From sequence record ON113170.1: a stretch of 64,000 nt of DNA; one strand, written 5' to 3'. The DNA comes from Enterococcus phage vB_OCPT_CCS1. Below the pieces are notes generated by a model. It was not told the origin of the DNA. It did no database searches and saw only the letters and a program-made list of their open reading frames with translations. Shown piece after piece: positions 1 to 7,954 of this stretch. Within the stretch, counting starts at the first letter, position 1, and every line of letters begins with the position of its first letter. Position numbers and translations under genes: made by a program.

Positions 1-92
1 TAGGGTCTTACTATTGAGTACTCACCGTTAGTATTGTTTTCATCAAAATAGTCCAAGAATTTTTGTTTACTTTTCTCAATATTTTTTGTCAT
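1..92 (-). CDS. partial CDS (C-terminus outside window), hypothetical; downstream of nrdD, could be the NrdG activase but the visible N-terminus is uninformative
   Basis: ATG at 92 preceded by AGGAGG at 8 nt spacing; reads MTKNIEKSKQKFLDYFDENNTNGEYSIVRP... to the window edge. Confidence 0.35.
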   Translation of the reverse strand, partial: MTKNIEKSKQKFLDYFDENNTNGEYSIVRP

Positions 93-149
93 GTTCACAA
101 CCTCCTGTACATAAATAATATAGCACAAGACGTTGTGAACCGACAGCGA

Positions 150-2321
150 CTACATATGTTTTGCTCTGTGGTCGATTTCTACTTTTCTTCCGTGTGGCAT
201 AGGTCTAGCTTGTGGATTTCCGAGATAGCCACATGTTCGTTTAACGACATCGCATGTTGCGGGGTCATTATTCCCACATTGTGGACATTCGTAGCCATCT
301 GATGTGGGGTTAAACTCTCCGTCAAAACCACATTCATGACATTTATCAATTGGAGTGTTTGTTCCTAAGTAACCAACTTTATCATAGCTGTAGTCCCAAA
401 CAGCTTCTAACGCCTTAAGGTTATGAACTAGTTTAGGATACTCTACATAGTGAATAAAACCACCAGAAGCATATTTTGGAAACTCTTTCTCAAAGTCAAT
501 CTTTTCAAAAGGTGTTGGAGCTTTACGAACATCATAGTGGAAACTATTTGTATAGTATTCTTTGTCTGTAATGTTCTCGATGATTCCATATTTTTCTGTG
601 TCCATACGACAGAATCTATCGGTTAGACTTTCACTTGGTGTTGAGTAGATAGAGAACCAGATGCCTGTCTCTTTTGTCCATTCATCCTTTTTATCATAAA
701 GCTTACGTAGAACGTCTAAAGCAAACTCTTTTGCTTCTTCATGTCTTGGGTCTGTTTTATCTTGCCAGTCACCACCATAGAACATGCTAGCAACCTCGTA
801 CAGCCCGATATAGCCCATAGAAACCGTTGCACGGTTATTTATGAACAATTGTTTTACATCGTCATCATCGGTTAAATTAGCCCCAAAAGCACCATGTTTG
901 TACAAGATAGGAGCATTCTTTGGTTGAGCTTCGTAAGTACGTTCAATTCGATAAACCAAAGCATCATGTAATACCTTAGCTCGTTCTTCAAAAATTTCCC
1001 AGAAGACTTCTTTATCCCCTTCTGATTCAATAGCAATACGTGGTAAGTTAAGGGTTACTACTCCTAAATTCATACGACCAGAGTTTACTTCGTTTCCATG
1101 TTCATCTTTCCATCCTTGTAAGAATGAACGACAACCCATAGGACATTTAAATGAACCTGTTAGCTCAACAATTTTGTCATAGTTCAAAATATCAGGGTAC
1201 ATACGTTTAGCTGAACATTCTAATGCTAACTGTTTTACTTCATAGTTAGGGTCTTCTGGTTTACGGTTAACTCCGTCTTTAATAGTGAATAATAATTTAG
1301 GGAAGATTGCTGTACGTCCTTCTGTTCCTAGACCTTGGATACGTACTTTAAAAATAGCTTTTTGGATTTCTCTTTCCCAACGACCTGTACCTAAACCAAA
1401 GCCAATAGAGGTGAAAGGAGTTTGACCATTCGATGTAAATAACGTATTGATTTCATACTCTAGGCTTTGCATTGCATCGTAAATATCTTTGTTTGTTTTC
1501 TCGATTGCATATGTTTCTGGTTCAGGAATACGGTAACGTTTAGCATCCGCCATATGTTTTTGGTAATTCATTTCAGCATAAGGGGCTAATACTTCATCAA
1601 TGCGGTCAAACGAACAACCACCATATTGACTGGAAGCCACATTCGCAATAATTTGTGCTGTTTGTGCTGTAGCTGTTTGAATGGAATGAGGTGAACCAAT
1701 TTCTGCATTACCCATTTTAAACCCGTTCTTCAACATATATTCAAAGTCAATCAAACAACAATTAGTCATTGGACGGTAAGGTTGGTAGTCTAAATCGTGA
1801 TAATGAATATCTCCACGTAAATGTGCGTTAGCTACATGAGGAGGGAGCATTTTAAGACCCTCAACTTTGTTAACTGTACCTGCTGTAAGGTCTCGTTCTG
1901 TTGCAAAGGTATTTGAGTCCTTATTTGCATTCTCATTGACAATAGTTTTGTCCTTTTCTTGTAGCTTACGTAATCTTACATTAATATCTGTATCACCTGC
2001 ACGTTCAGCATCACGTAAAGAACGAAACTCAATATAGTTTCTAGCTACGTTTTTAGCAAAAGATTTCATTAATTCCTGCTCTACAATACTTTGGAGTTTT
2101 GCAATATCGACACGTCCTGTATCGCTGTAATGCTTCACTACAAAGCGTTTAACACGTTCAGCTATAATCTCTCCTAAATCTGTTTTAGCGCCCGTAGCAT
2201 CCTTCTCAGCTCGTCCTACGGCACGTACAATCCTTCCTTCATTAAACTTGACAGTTCTTCCATCTCGTTTAACTACAAAAATCTGTTTTGTCTTAACATC
2301 TACATCTTGTGTTTCTTGCAC
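150..2321 (-). CDS. nrdD: anaerobic ribonucleoside-triphosphate reductase, class III
   Basis: 723 aa; N-terminal ATP-cone (VVKRDGRTVKFNEGRIV); C-terminal glycyl-radical motif RTCGYLG; Zn site CHECG...CPQCG; GTG start with AAAGGTGG RBS. Confidence 0.9.
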   Translation of the reverse strand: MQETQDVDVKTKQIFVVKRDGRTVKFNEGRIVRAVGRAEKDATGAKTDLGEIIAERVKRFVVKHYSDTGRVDIAKLQSIVEQELMKSFAKNVARNYIEFRSLRDAERAGDTDINVRLRKLQEKDKTIVNENANKDSNTFATERDLTAGTVNKVEGLKMLPPHVANAHLRGDIHYHDLDYQPYRPMTNCCLIDFEYMLKNGFKMGNAEIGSPHSIQTATAQTAQIIANVASSQYGGCSFDRIDEVLAPYAEMNYQKHMADAKRYRIPEPETYAIEKTNKDIYDAMQSLEYEINTLFTSNGQTPFTSIGFGLGTGRWEREIQKAIFKVRIQGLGTEGRTAIFPKLLFTIKDGVNRKPEDPNYEVKQLALECSAKRMYPDILNYDKIVELTGSFKCPMGCRSFLQGWKDEHGNEVNSGRMNLGVVTLNLPRIAIESEGDKEVFWEIFEERAKVLHDALVYRIERTYEAQPKNAPILYKHGAFGANLTDDDDVKQLFINNRATVSMGYIGLYEVASMFYGGDWQDKTDPRHEEAKEFALDVLRKLYDKKDEWTKETGIWFSIYSTPSESLTDRFCRMDTEKYGIIENITDKEYYTNSFHYDVRKAPTPFEKIDFEKEFPKYASGGFIHYVEYPKLVHNLKALEAVWDYSYDKVGYLGTNTPIDKCHECGFDGEFNPTSDGYECPQCGNNDPATCDVVKRTCGYLGNPQARPMPHGRKVEIDHRAKHM

Positions 2322-2471
2322 TCAAAGTTCCACCTTTCTTACAATATCTAGTATACTTAGTATAGCATAACAATACTTACAGTGCAAGATGTAATTGTTA
2401 ACAAAAAATAAAAGACTACAAACTAAGTTGTAGTCTTTTTCAACAAATATTACAAATTGATTAATTTTTTC

Positions 2472-2741
2472 TCAGATTAGTTCACCTAAGAAATCCTCAC
2501 CATCATCTGGTTTCTTGTTCTTATACTCGTCTGTTTTAAGCATTAAATACTTATTACCAGTTTCTACCTGTAATCTCTCAAATGCTCTACGGTACTCTTC
2601 GGCACTAGATGTAGCATCTAGTAAGAACTTAGCATTAAGAATAGCTAACACTGCTAGTAAGTCTTCTCTACTACCAGACATCTGTACCTTGACTGCACCA
2701 TCCTCAGTTGTATAAGCTCCGATTTTATTCTTAATTGCCAC
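2472..2741 (-). CDS. hypothetical protein (89 aa)
   Basis: ORF in the minus-strand early gene block. Confidence 0.45.
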   Translation of the reverse strand: MAIKNKIGAYTTEDGAVKVQMSGSREDLLAVLAILNAKFLLDATSSAEEYRRAFERLQVETGNKYLMLKTDEYKNKKPDDGEDFLGELI

Positions 2742-2760
2742 AGTTACACCTCTTAATCTT

Positions 2761-3588
2761 TTAATTTAATTTAATTTTAGGCATAGCTTCAAGAAGTTTA
2801 TTATTGAACTTTCCAGAAATAACAGCTTCCCCAAGTTCATTCGTTACCACGGAAATCCAGTAAGGAGACTTCGGTTTCAAACGATTATTGTTAACATCTA
2901 AAAATGCTCGGAACAATCGAGGGAAAGAGGTCACCCCTACTAGTTTACTAGCAAGGTCATGTGCAATAACTTTCTTAGTGAAACGCTCTGCATTAAATGA
3001 GTCTAGCGTATATAACAAGAAATAAACTCCCTGCAACTGTGTGTTTGACCTAAAATCTGTTGAATCAATAAACTTTTGATAGGACTGAGCAAACTTGACA
3101 TATTCTTTATAGTTACGGAAACGGAATGCACCATCACGTACAACATCTGTTTTTCTTCCTGCTGTACTACTATAGCCTAGCGCAGTAGCAATAGTAGAGG
3201 ACACCCGTAATGCCGGATACGTGGACATCAAGTTCAATAGTTGTTTATAACTTTGGTATCCTGATTCGGCATACTTATGGATGTAGTCTTCGACCTTCCA
3301 TGATTTACTTGTACTATTCAATTCTGCAACGTCAATGTCACTGTCATCGAACGTATAAGTAATAGGTAACCCAAGCTCACGAGCTACAGCTAAACGGTGT
3401 TGTCCGTCAATAACTTCCATCTTTCGATTTACTTTAATCTCGGTAAGAACCCCACGTTTCGCAATTGAGTCTCGTAAAGCCTTAGAAATTTTAACTGGTC
3501 TGTTTCCTTTTAGTTGTTTGAACTTAGACAAGTCTGCTGTTTCATAGACCTGTTTTACTGCTTTATCTTGCTTCTTTTCTTTAGACAC
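2761..3588 (-). CDS. ParB-like nuclease domain protein
   Basis: N-terminal ParB/Srx fold motifs: GNRPVKISKALRDSIAKRGVLTEIKV ... EVIDGQHRLAVARELGL (DGxHR). Confidence 0.6.
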   Translation of the reverse strand: MSKEKKQDKAVKQVYETADLSKFKQLKGNRPVKISKALRDSIAKRGVLTEIKVNRKMEVIDGQHRLAVARELGLPITYTFDDSDIDVAELNSTSKSWKVEDYIHKYAESGYQSYKQLLNLMSTYPALRVSSTIATALGYSSTAGRKTDVVRDGAFRFRNYKEYVKFAQSYQKFIDSTDFRSNTQLQGVYFLLYTLDSFNAERFTKKVIAHDLASKLVGVTSFPRLFRAFLDVNNNRLKPKSPYWISVVTNELGEAVISGKFNNKLLEAMPKIKLN

Positions 3589-3606
3589 CTGTCATCTCTC
3601 CCTTAA

Positions 3607-3918
3607 TTATTTTTTGTATTGAATGCTTTGACTTACCTCAGTAATCTTCTTAACCTTTTTAAATACATTAGGATAGCATTTTTCTAAGGTATTTCGGTCT
3701 ACACCAATGCGTTCATAGGCGCTAATAAGTTTGAAAGTTCCGTATTGAGATTCAACTTTTGTTTTCTTAAGTTGAATCATTTGTTCAAGAATTTCTTTTC
3801 TAAGTTCATCTCTTTGCTCGTTTAAAGAATCGAGCAATTCCTGAACACGTTTGTATTCCTTAAAGTTGCGCTCTAATTCTTTTTCTTTTACTTCTGTAGT
3901 TGTTAGTCTCATGACCAT
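3607..3918 (-). CDS. hypothetical coiled-coil protein (103 aa)
   Basis: ORF downstream of a TTGACT-17-TATACT promoter. Confidence 0.5.
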   Translation of the reverse strand: MVMRLTTTEVKEKELERNFKEYKRVQELLDSLNEQRDELRKEILEQMIQLKKTKVESQYGTFKLISAYERIGVDRNTLEKCYPNVFKKVKKITEVSQSIQYKK

Positions 3919-3943
3919 CTCTCCCTTTATTTACTATACTCAA

Positions 3944-3972
3944 AGTATATCATTACATATTATAAAAGTCAA
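3944..3972 (-). promoter_or_regulatory. sigma70-type promoter TTGACT-17-TATACT
   Basis: Motif and spacing. Confidence 0.5.
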
Positions 3973-4012
3973 CACCTATCTTACAAAAAATTGCCAAAAA
4001 AATATTTGGCAA

Positions 4013-4243
4013 TCAGTTTTTGTCATCAGGTTCTAATAGCTTGTCCGCAGGCATATCAAAAATCCGAGCTAATTTAGCTTGATTATTTGCTCTGGGTTTT
4101 TTGATTCCATGCTCCCAATAGGATACAGTTGACCAGTGTACACCTAGTTTTTTAGCTACAGAACGCAAGGATTCATGCTTTTCTTCACGAACACGTTTCA
4201 GCACCAAGGGTTTTGGCTTGCTTTCCACGATTCTCCCCTCCAT
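4013..4243 (-). CDS. HTH XRE-family (Cro/CI-type) transcriptional regulator
   Basis: 76 aa; helix-turn-helix LRSVAKKLGVHWSTVSYWEHG. Confidence 0.7.
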   Translation of the reverse strand: MEGRIVESKPKPLVLKRVREEKHESLRSVAKKLGVHWSTVSYWEHGIKKPRANNQAKLARIFDMPADKLLEPDDKN

Positions 4244-4286
4244 TCTATATGTAACTACAGCCCTAGGAAATCCTAGGGCAAACAGA

Positions 4287-5822
4287 TTATTTAAGTGCTT
4301 CTTTTACAAAGTCGTATTCTGGTTTATTTAACACAGACAACATCATTTCTTCTGGGGAAGTAACTTCTCCACCTAGTACTTGCGATAAAATATTTGTGGA
4401 GAATCCAGAAACTAACGCAACATTATCTTCGTTAAACCGTACTGGTAGATTATCATGACGAGATTGTACATTCCAGAAAATAATAGCAGGTAACTCGTAG
4501 CCATGATTTGCAAACTCCTGTTTTGCTTGCTCAAAGTTTGTTCTTTGTCCTCGTTCACAAGCAGTATTAAATTCCATATCACTGATAATAATAATCTTGG
4601 ATGGTAGTTCTTCTTGCGGTGTGTTATGCTTAACCGCAGTATCAAGAATCAATCGGAACACTGCTTGAATATTAGTAGAATAGCCAACTCTTGCACGGTT
4701 ATATACTCTCATACGGTCATACACAGTATCCTGTGGATTCAAATATACTAAACTAGGTTCTGATGCAAATGTAATGAAGTGATTAGCGAAAGTACCGTTT
4801 AATTTTTCAGCCGTGTATAATGCCAAACCTTGCGCAACATCCCAAGGGTAAACCCCGTTCGTTTCTGTCCAAGTCATTGAACTAGAAGAATCAGCAACTA
4901 CAATTGCGTTATCTTCCACATCCTTAATAACATCATCTAAAGACTGCCAAGTAGCTTCTAAAGAACGATTTACACCCTGACCTGCACGTGCTTTACGGTA
5001 TGCTCCTGTAATCTCGTGAGGTAATACCAAACTTGCATTAAGCTTTCCTTCACCCGACTCCACCTTTTCCATAAGCGCTTCATATTCATCTGGCATGTGT
5101 AATTGCAAAGCTTTACGGTATTTGAATAATGCTTTAGAGGATACTTGGTTCAAATCAATCTTATGGTATTCCTTGCTTGCTAACCGAACTTCAATTACAT
5201 TTAAGTAATCACGTAATTTAGCAATCATTTTACGATAACGAGTTAGACCTGCTTTGCCTTCAAAACCTAAATAGTTAGCAATACGAGCACCTTGATTACG
5301 TTTCTTACTATTTGGAGAACTTACATTAGCTAACCATTTACCTAGTAATGAAACAGGTTTACCCTCTGACATATTTTTAATATCTGATGTTAGTTGGTTC
5401 CCGATGATACGTGCACCTTCTGTATCCACAAAGTGGATACTACGTTTGTGTGCGTATTCCATAGTTTCAAATAAGTCTGTCCAACGACCAACATATGCCA
5501 TGTACTCCATTAAAGTAACGATTACTTGCTTGTTTTGGTTACGACCATCCACTAAGTATTTGATTGCTTCTAGGTAAGCGGAACGTTCACCCAATCCACC
5601 TAAACGGATATTACGTAAGTGTACCAAATTGCGTAATGCTAACTCTGGGTTTTCAGCATAAGCTTTAGAAAACATGTTTCGTACATCTTCTAAACGACCA
5701 CGCATAGCCCCTGCTTGTGCAAAGAAGTCTAAGTTAGCGTTTAAAGTTGATGTGTAAGTTTTAGCTCCATTTTCTGTATGTCCAACAGTTGTTTCTTCTT
5801 TTAGGTTGTCTAAAAATGACAT
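4287..5822 (-). CDS. Ro60/TROVE-like protein with C-terminal von Willebrand factor A domain (Rsr-like; DUF2828-type vWA protein is the alternative)
   Basis: 511 aa; N-terminal TENGAKTY resembles the Ro60 SEGGTYY region; C-terminal vWA MIDAS DSSSSM...T...IIIISDME; sits immediately downstream of tRNA-mimic (Y RNA-like) ncRNAs. Confidence 0.6.
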   Translation of the reverse strand: MSFLDNLKEETTVGHTENGAKTYTSTLNANLDFFAQAGAMRGRLEDVRNMFSKAYAENPELALRNLVHLRNIRLGGLGERSAYLEAIKYLVDGRNQNKQVIVTLMEYMAYVGRWTDLFETMEYAHKRSIHFVDTEGARIIGNQLTSDIKNMSEGKPVSLLGKWLANVSSPNSKKRNQGARIANYLGFEGKAGLTRYRKMIAKLRDYLNVIEVRLASKEYHKIDLNQVSSKALFKYRKALQLHMPDEYEALMEKVESGEGKLNASLVLPHEITGAYRKARAGQGVNRSLEATWQSLDDVIKDVEDNAIVVADSSSSMTWTETNGVYPWDVAQGLALYTAEKLNGTFANHFITFASEPSLVYLNPQDTVYDRMRVYNRARVGYSTNIQAVFRLILDTAVKHNTPQEELPSKIIIISDMEFNTACERGQRTNFEQAKQEFANHGYELPAIIFWNVQSRHDNLPVRFNEDNVALVSGFSTNILSQVLGGEVTSPEEMMLSVLNKPEYDFVKEALK

Positions 5823-5863
5823 CTGACATCTCTCCTTTGTATGATAGTATTTTATCTAACACC

Positions 5864-5892
5864 ACTATAACATGTAATATTATGTAAGTCAA
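5864..5892 (-). promoter_or_regulatory. promoter TTGACT-17-TATAGT for the Ro60-like gene
   Basis: Motif and spacing. Confidence 0.5.
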
Positions 5893-5989
5893 CGCCTTTT
5901 ATAAATAAAAAACCCATCCATTTAAGAATGAGTTTTTTCATCTTAACCAGTAGTTAAGCGGGGGGGGCGCAACACCTTTTATTTAACTT

Positions 5990-6130
5990 GTCATTATAAT
6001 ATCAAGAACCACAGGCTTAATAATTAGATTTGAAAGGTTTAGTCTATTAGTAGTTGATTGCTGTAGGGTTCTTTATGCTCTGGCAACCTAGTAGGTTAGA
6101 GCTATGGCAAATTGCCAAAACCTTTTTATT
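5990..6130 (-). repeat. third, degenerate copy of the Y-unit 5' module (R1) lacking a tRNA-like domain
   Basis: R1, R2 (6236-6312) and R3 (6418-6500) align as ATAAAA(A/C)GGTTTT-variable palindrome-ATAG-GTTCC/GCTCT...GGAAC/AGAGC-ATAAAGAAC..ACAGC; the outer stem shows two compensatory base-pair changes. Confidence 0.5.
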
Positions 6131-6312
6131 ATGTACAAGAATCTATTTTATACGTTGCTCTAACCAAACTGAGCTACGGGAGGATGATTCCTCCCGGCAG
6201 GACTCGAACCTGCGACCCACGGCTCCATAGGCAATAAAAATCGCTGTTAGATTCTTTATGTTCCGGCACCCATTAAGGATGGAACTATAGCTATGCTAAA
6301 ACCGTTTTATTT
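6131..6312 (-). ncRNA. Y RNA-like ncRNA unit A: permuted tRNA-like domain clamped by a 15-bp helix with a 7-nt bulge
   Basis: Minus strand reads AAGAAUCU[AACAGCG]AUUUUUAU...GCAGGTTCGAGTCCTGC-CGGGAGG-ATCA-TCCTCCCG-TA-GCTCAGTTTGGTTAGAGC-AACG-UAUAAAAUAGAUUCUU. The acceptor strands are perfectly complementary across a 4-nt loop. The 3'-half lying before the 5'-half rules out a normal or intron-containing tRNA. Confidence 0.55.
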
Positions 6313-6500
6313 ATGTAACAAGAACGCATTAACTTTAAGCTTTACCAATTAAGCTATACCACCAATGGTGGCAGTTGGATTCGAACCAACAACTCACATT
6401 TTTCAGATGTATTAGTTTTAAAAATTTGCTGTGGCGTTCTTTATGTTCCGGCTACCTGTTAGGTTGGAACTATGACATATGTCAAAACCTTTTTATCTTG
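6313..6500 (-). ncRNA. Y RNA-like ncRNA unit B: conserved 5' stem-loop module plus a circularly permuted tRNA-like domain (anticodon-like hairpin, T-arm, closed acceptor hairpin, D-arm), closed by a bulged long stem
   Basis: Minus strand reads TACATCTGAAAAATGTG-AGTTG-GTTGGTTCGAATCCAAC-TGCCACC-ATT-GGTGGTA-TA-GCTTAATTGGTAAAGC. The 3' strand GCGTTCTT pairs with AAGAACGC located 5' of the domain. TTGACA-17-TATTAT promoter at 6506-6534. Confidence 0.55.
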
Positions 6501-6505
6501 TCTTT

Positions 6506-6534
6506 ATAATAGCATAAGCTATTTAAACTGTCAA
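6506..6534 (-). promoter_or_regulatory. promoter TTGACA-17-TATTAT driving the Y RNA-like cluster
   Basis: Motif and spacing. Confidence 0.5.
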
Positions 6535-6558
6535 GTATTAATTTAAATATATTGAAAC

Positions 6559-6783
6559 TTATTTAAAAGCTCCAATATATTTAACAGTACCTTTGCATTT
6601 ACGTGCAAAAGCTTCTAGCTCTTTACGAGCACCTAAACGGTCTGGTTGAGAAGACTGTACTGTAACTTCTTTTGGCACAGTAATTTCACGAGTTTTCTTA
6701 ACTGTCTTTCCGTTTTTTAACTTTTGTTCATACTCTTCTGTACGAGTAGAAGTTGTTGAAATAATTCCATAAAATTTAGACAT
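6559..6783 (-). CDS. hypothetical basic protein (74 aa)
   Basis: GGAGG RBS 9 nt upstream of the ATG. Confidence 0.45.
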   Translation of the reverse strand: MSKFYGIISTTSTRTEEYEQKLKNGKTVKKTREITVPKEVTVQSSQPDRLGARKELEAFARKCKGTVKYIGAFK

Positions 6784-6813
6784 GTTATGTGACCTCCGGT
6801 CATTTTATTTTAA

Positions 6814-6895
6814 TGGGGAGTGATGGAGTTGCACCACCCGAGCTTTCGCAACTGATTTACAGTCAGCCCCGCTACTACTTACGGTATAACTCCCC
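6814..6895 (-). tRNA. tRNA-Tyr(GTA), class II
   Basis: Acceptor GGGGAGT/ACTCCCC; anticodon arm GCTGA-CTGTAAA-TCAGT; long variable arm; atypical T-loop TGCAACT. Confidence 0.5.
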
Positions 6896-7091
6896 GTATA
6901 AGTATGTATATATCAATACAATGTACAAGAACTTTTAGTGAGGTAGCTCTCATAGTGTATTAATGGGGTACATTGTGTAACTTCAACTAGTATTGCCTCA
7001 CACGTGACTAGTCTTATATACACAATGCCTACATACAACCCGATAGACCACCCTTGGTACGCATATTAAGAGGCGCAGGGTGGTACGAATA

Positions 7092-7162
7092 TATGGATTG
7101 CAGGATTTGAACCCGCACCTTTTTGACGGAAGCCAAAAATACTACCCTTATATTAAATCCAC
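7092..7162 (-). tRNA. tRNA-Gly(TCC), probable
   Basis: Acceptor GTGGATT/AATCCAT; loop CTTCCGT; T-arm GCGGGTTCAAATCCTGC. Confidence 0.45.
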
Positions 7163-7282
7163 ATAGTGTTAATAGGCGGGTACCCGACAGCGAAGTATCA
7201 TTCCTGTCTTGTCATTCTCCTATTAACTCCATAATACCTTGCCTAGAGTTGAGCTAGGTCTCACATTTATCGAAGGTACTAA

Positions 7283-7355
7283 TCGGGAAAGCAGGACTTG
7301 AACCTGCGACCCCACGCTCCCAAAGCGTGTGCGCTACCAACTGCGCTATTTCCCG
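7283..7355 (-). tRNA. tRNA-Pro(TGG)
   Basis: CGGGAAA-TA-GCGCAGTTGGTAGCGC-CACGC-TTTGGGA-GCGTG-GGGTC-GCAGGTTCAAGTCCTGC-TTTCCCG. Confidence 0.75.
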
Positions 7356-7370
7356 TTAACTTATACATAC

Positions 7371-7420
7371 ATTATAACACAAACTTACATGCTGTAAACA
7401 ACTATTTGTAAGTTTTTTTA
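7371..7420 (-). promoter_or_regulatory. promoter module: A-tract, hairpin, -35 TTTACA, 17 nt, extended -10 TGTTATAAT, upstream of tRNA-Pro
   Basis: Related copies at 15925-15975 and 16436-16470. Confidence 0.45.
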
Positions 7421-7433
7421 ATTTATCCATTCG

Positions 7434-7510
7434 GGACAGTGTGCTTTAACCATTCAGCCACCCGCAGGGGCAACCCGCAGGACGGGAATCGAACCCGTAT
7501 AACACTGTCC
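7434..7510 (-). ncRNA. tRNA-mimic (Y RNA-like) module: 9-bp closing stem, T-arm, closed acceptor-like hairpin, D-arm
   Basis: GGACAGTGT-TAT-ACGGGTTCGATTCCCGT-CCTGCGGG-TTGCC-CCTGCGGG-T-GGCTGAATGGTTAAAGC-ACACTGTCC. No anticodon arm; 5' and 3' ends base-pair. Confidence 0.55.
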
Positions 7511-7675
7511 TATTGGATAGGCTTGTGTACCTGTCATCTTCCGATTACACACACCTAGTCTAGTTACCGTACCAATAGATTTGACAGGAATCTAGGGTAA
7601 CGCCCAATATGGTGTTAATTCACCTCGTATTCTGTTACAGGTTTGCAACCCTGAACAAGGATGACCAATCCTAAT

Positions 7676-7742
7676 GATATGCGAGGGGATTTGAACCCCT
7701 ATCTACTTCATAGGTCACTTTATCCACTTAAGCTACGCATAC
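7676..7742 (-). ncRNA. truncated tRNA-like element (67 nt; acceptor, D-arm and T-arm present; anticodon arm reduced to about 16 nt)
   Basis: GTATGCG-TA-GCTTAAGTGGATAAAGT-GACCTATGAAGTAGAT-AGGGGTTCAAATCCCCT-CGCATAT. Confidence 0.4.
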
Positions 7743-7799
7743 CTATTTAATTTCTAGCTAGGTAACTAAATTCACTGCACCTTGCGCAGAGTACAGCTA

Positions 7800-7872
7800 T
7801 GGAGCATAGCGGACTTGAACCGCTGACATCTACCTTGCAAGGGTAGCGCTCTCCCAACTGAGCTAATGCCCC
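7800..7872 (-). tRNA. tRNA-Ala(TGC)
   Basis: GGGGCAT...CTACC-CTTGCAA-GGTAG...AGCGGTTCAAGTCCGCT-ATGCTCC. Confidence 0.75.
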
Positions 7873-7877
7873 GAAAA

Positions 7878-7950
7878 CACCTCCGCTGAGATTTGAACTC
7901 AGAATGCGGGATTAGAAATCCTGTGGTTTATCCAATTAGCCTACGGAGAT
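7878..7950 (-). tRNA. tRNA-Arg(TCT)
   Basis: Acceptor ATCTCCG/CGGAGGT; loop TTTCTAA; T-arm CTGAGTTCAAATCTCAG. Confidence 0.65.
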
Positions 7951-7954
7951 ATAC

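Noticed and set aside
63-302. 79-aa plus-strand ORF
   Set aside because: Entirely antisense to nrdD; no RBS
6131-6500. Interpretation of the tRNA halves as intron-containing tRNAs
   Set aside because: Acceptor strands pair across the short junction (3'-half then 5'-half), not across the 80-nt repeat. Under an intron model, 5'-half GGTGGTA would have to pair with 3'-half CGGGAGG, which it does not
7381-7420. Plus-strand rho-independent terminators inside the minus-strand tRNA array (also 15935-15975 and 16423-16470)
   Set aside because: There is no plus-strand transcription unit to terminate. On the minus strand they resolve into A-tract/-35/extended -10 promoter modules placed exactly upstream of tRNA genes
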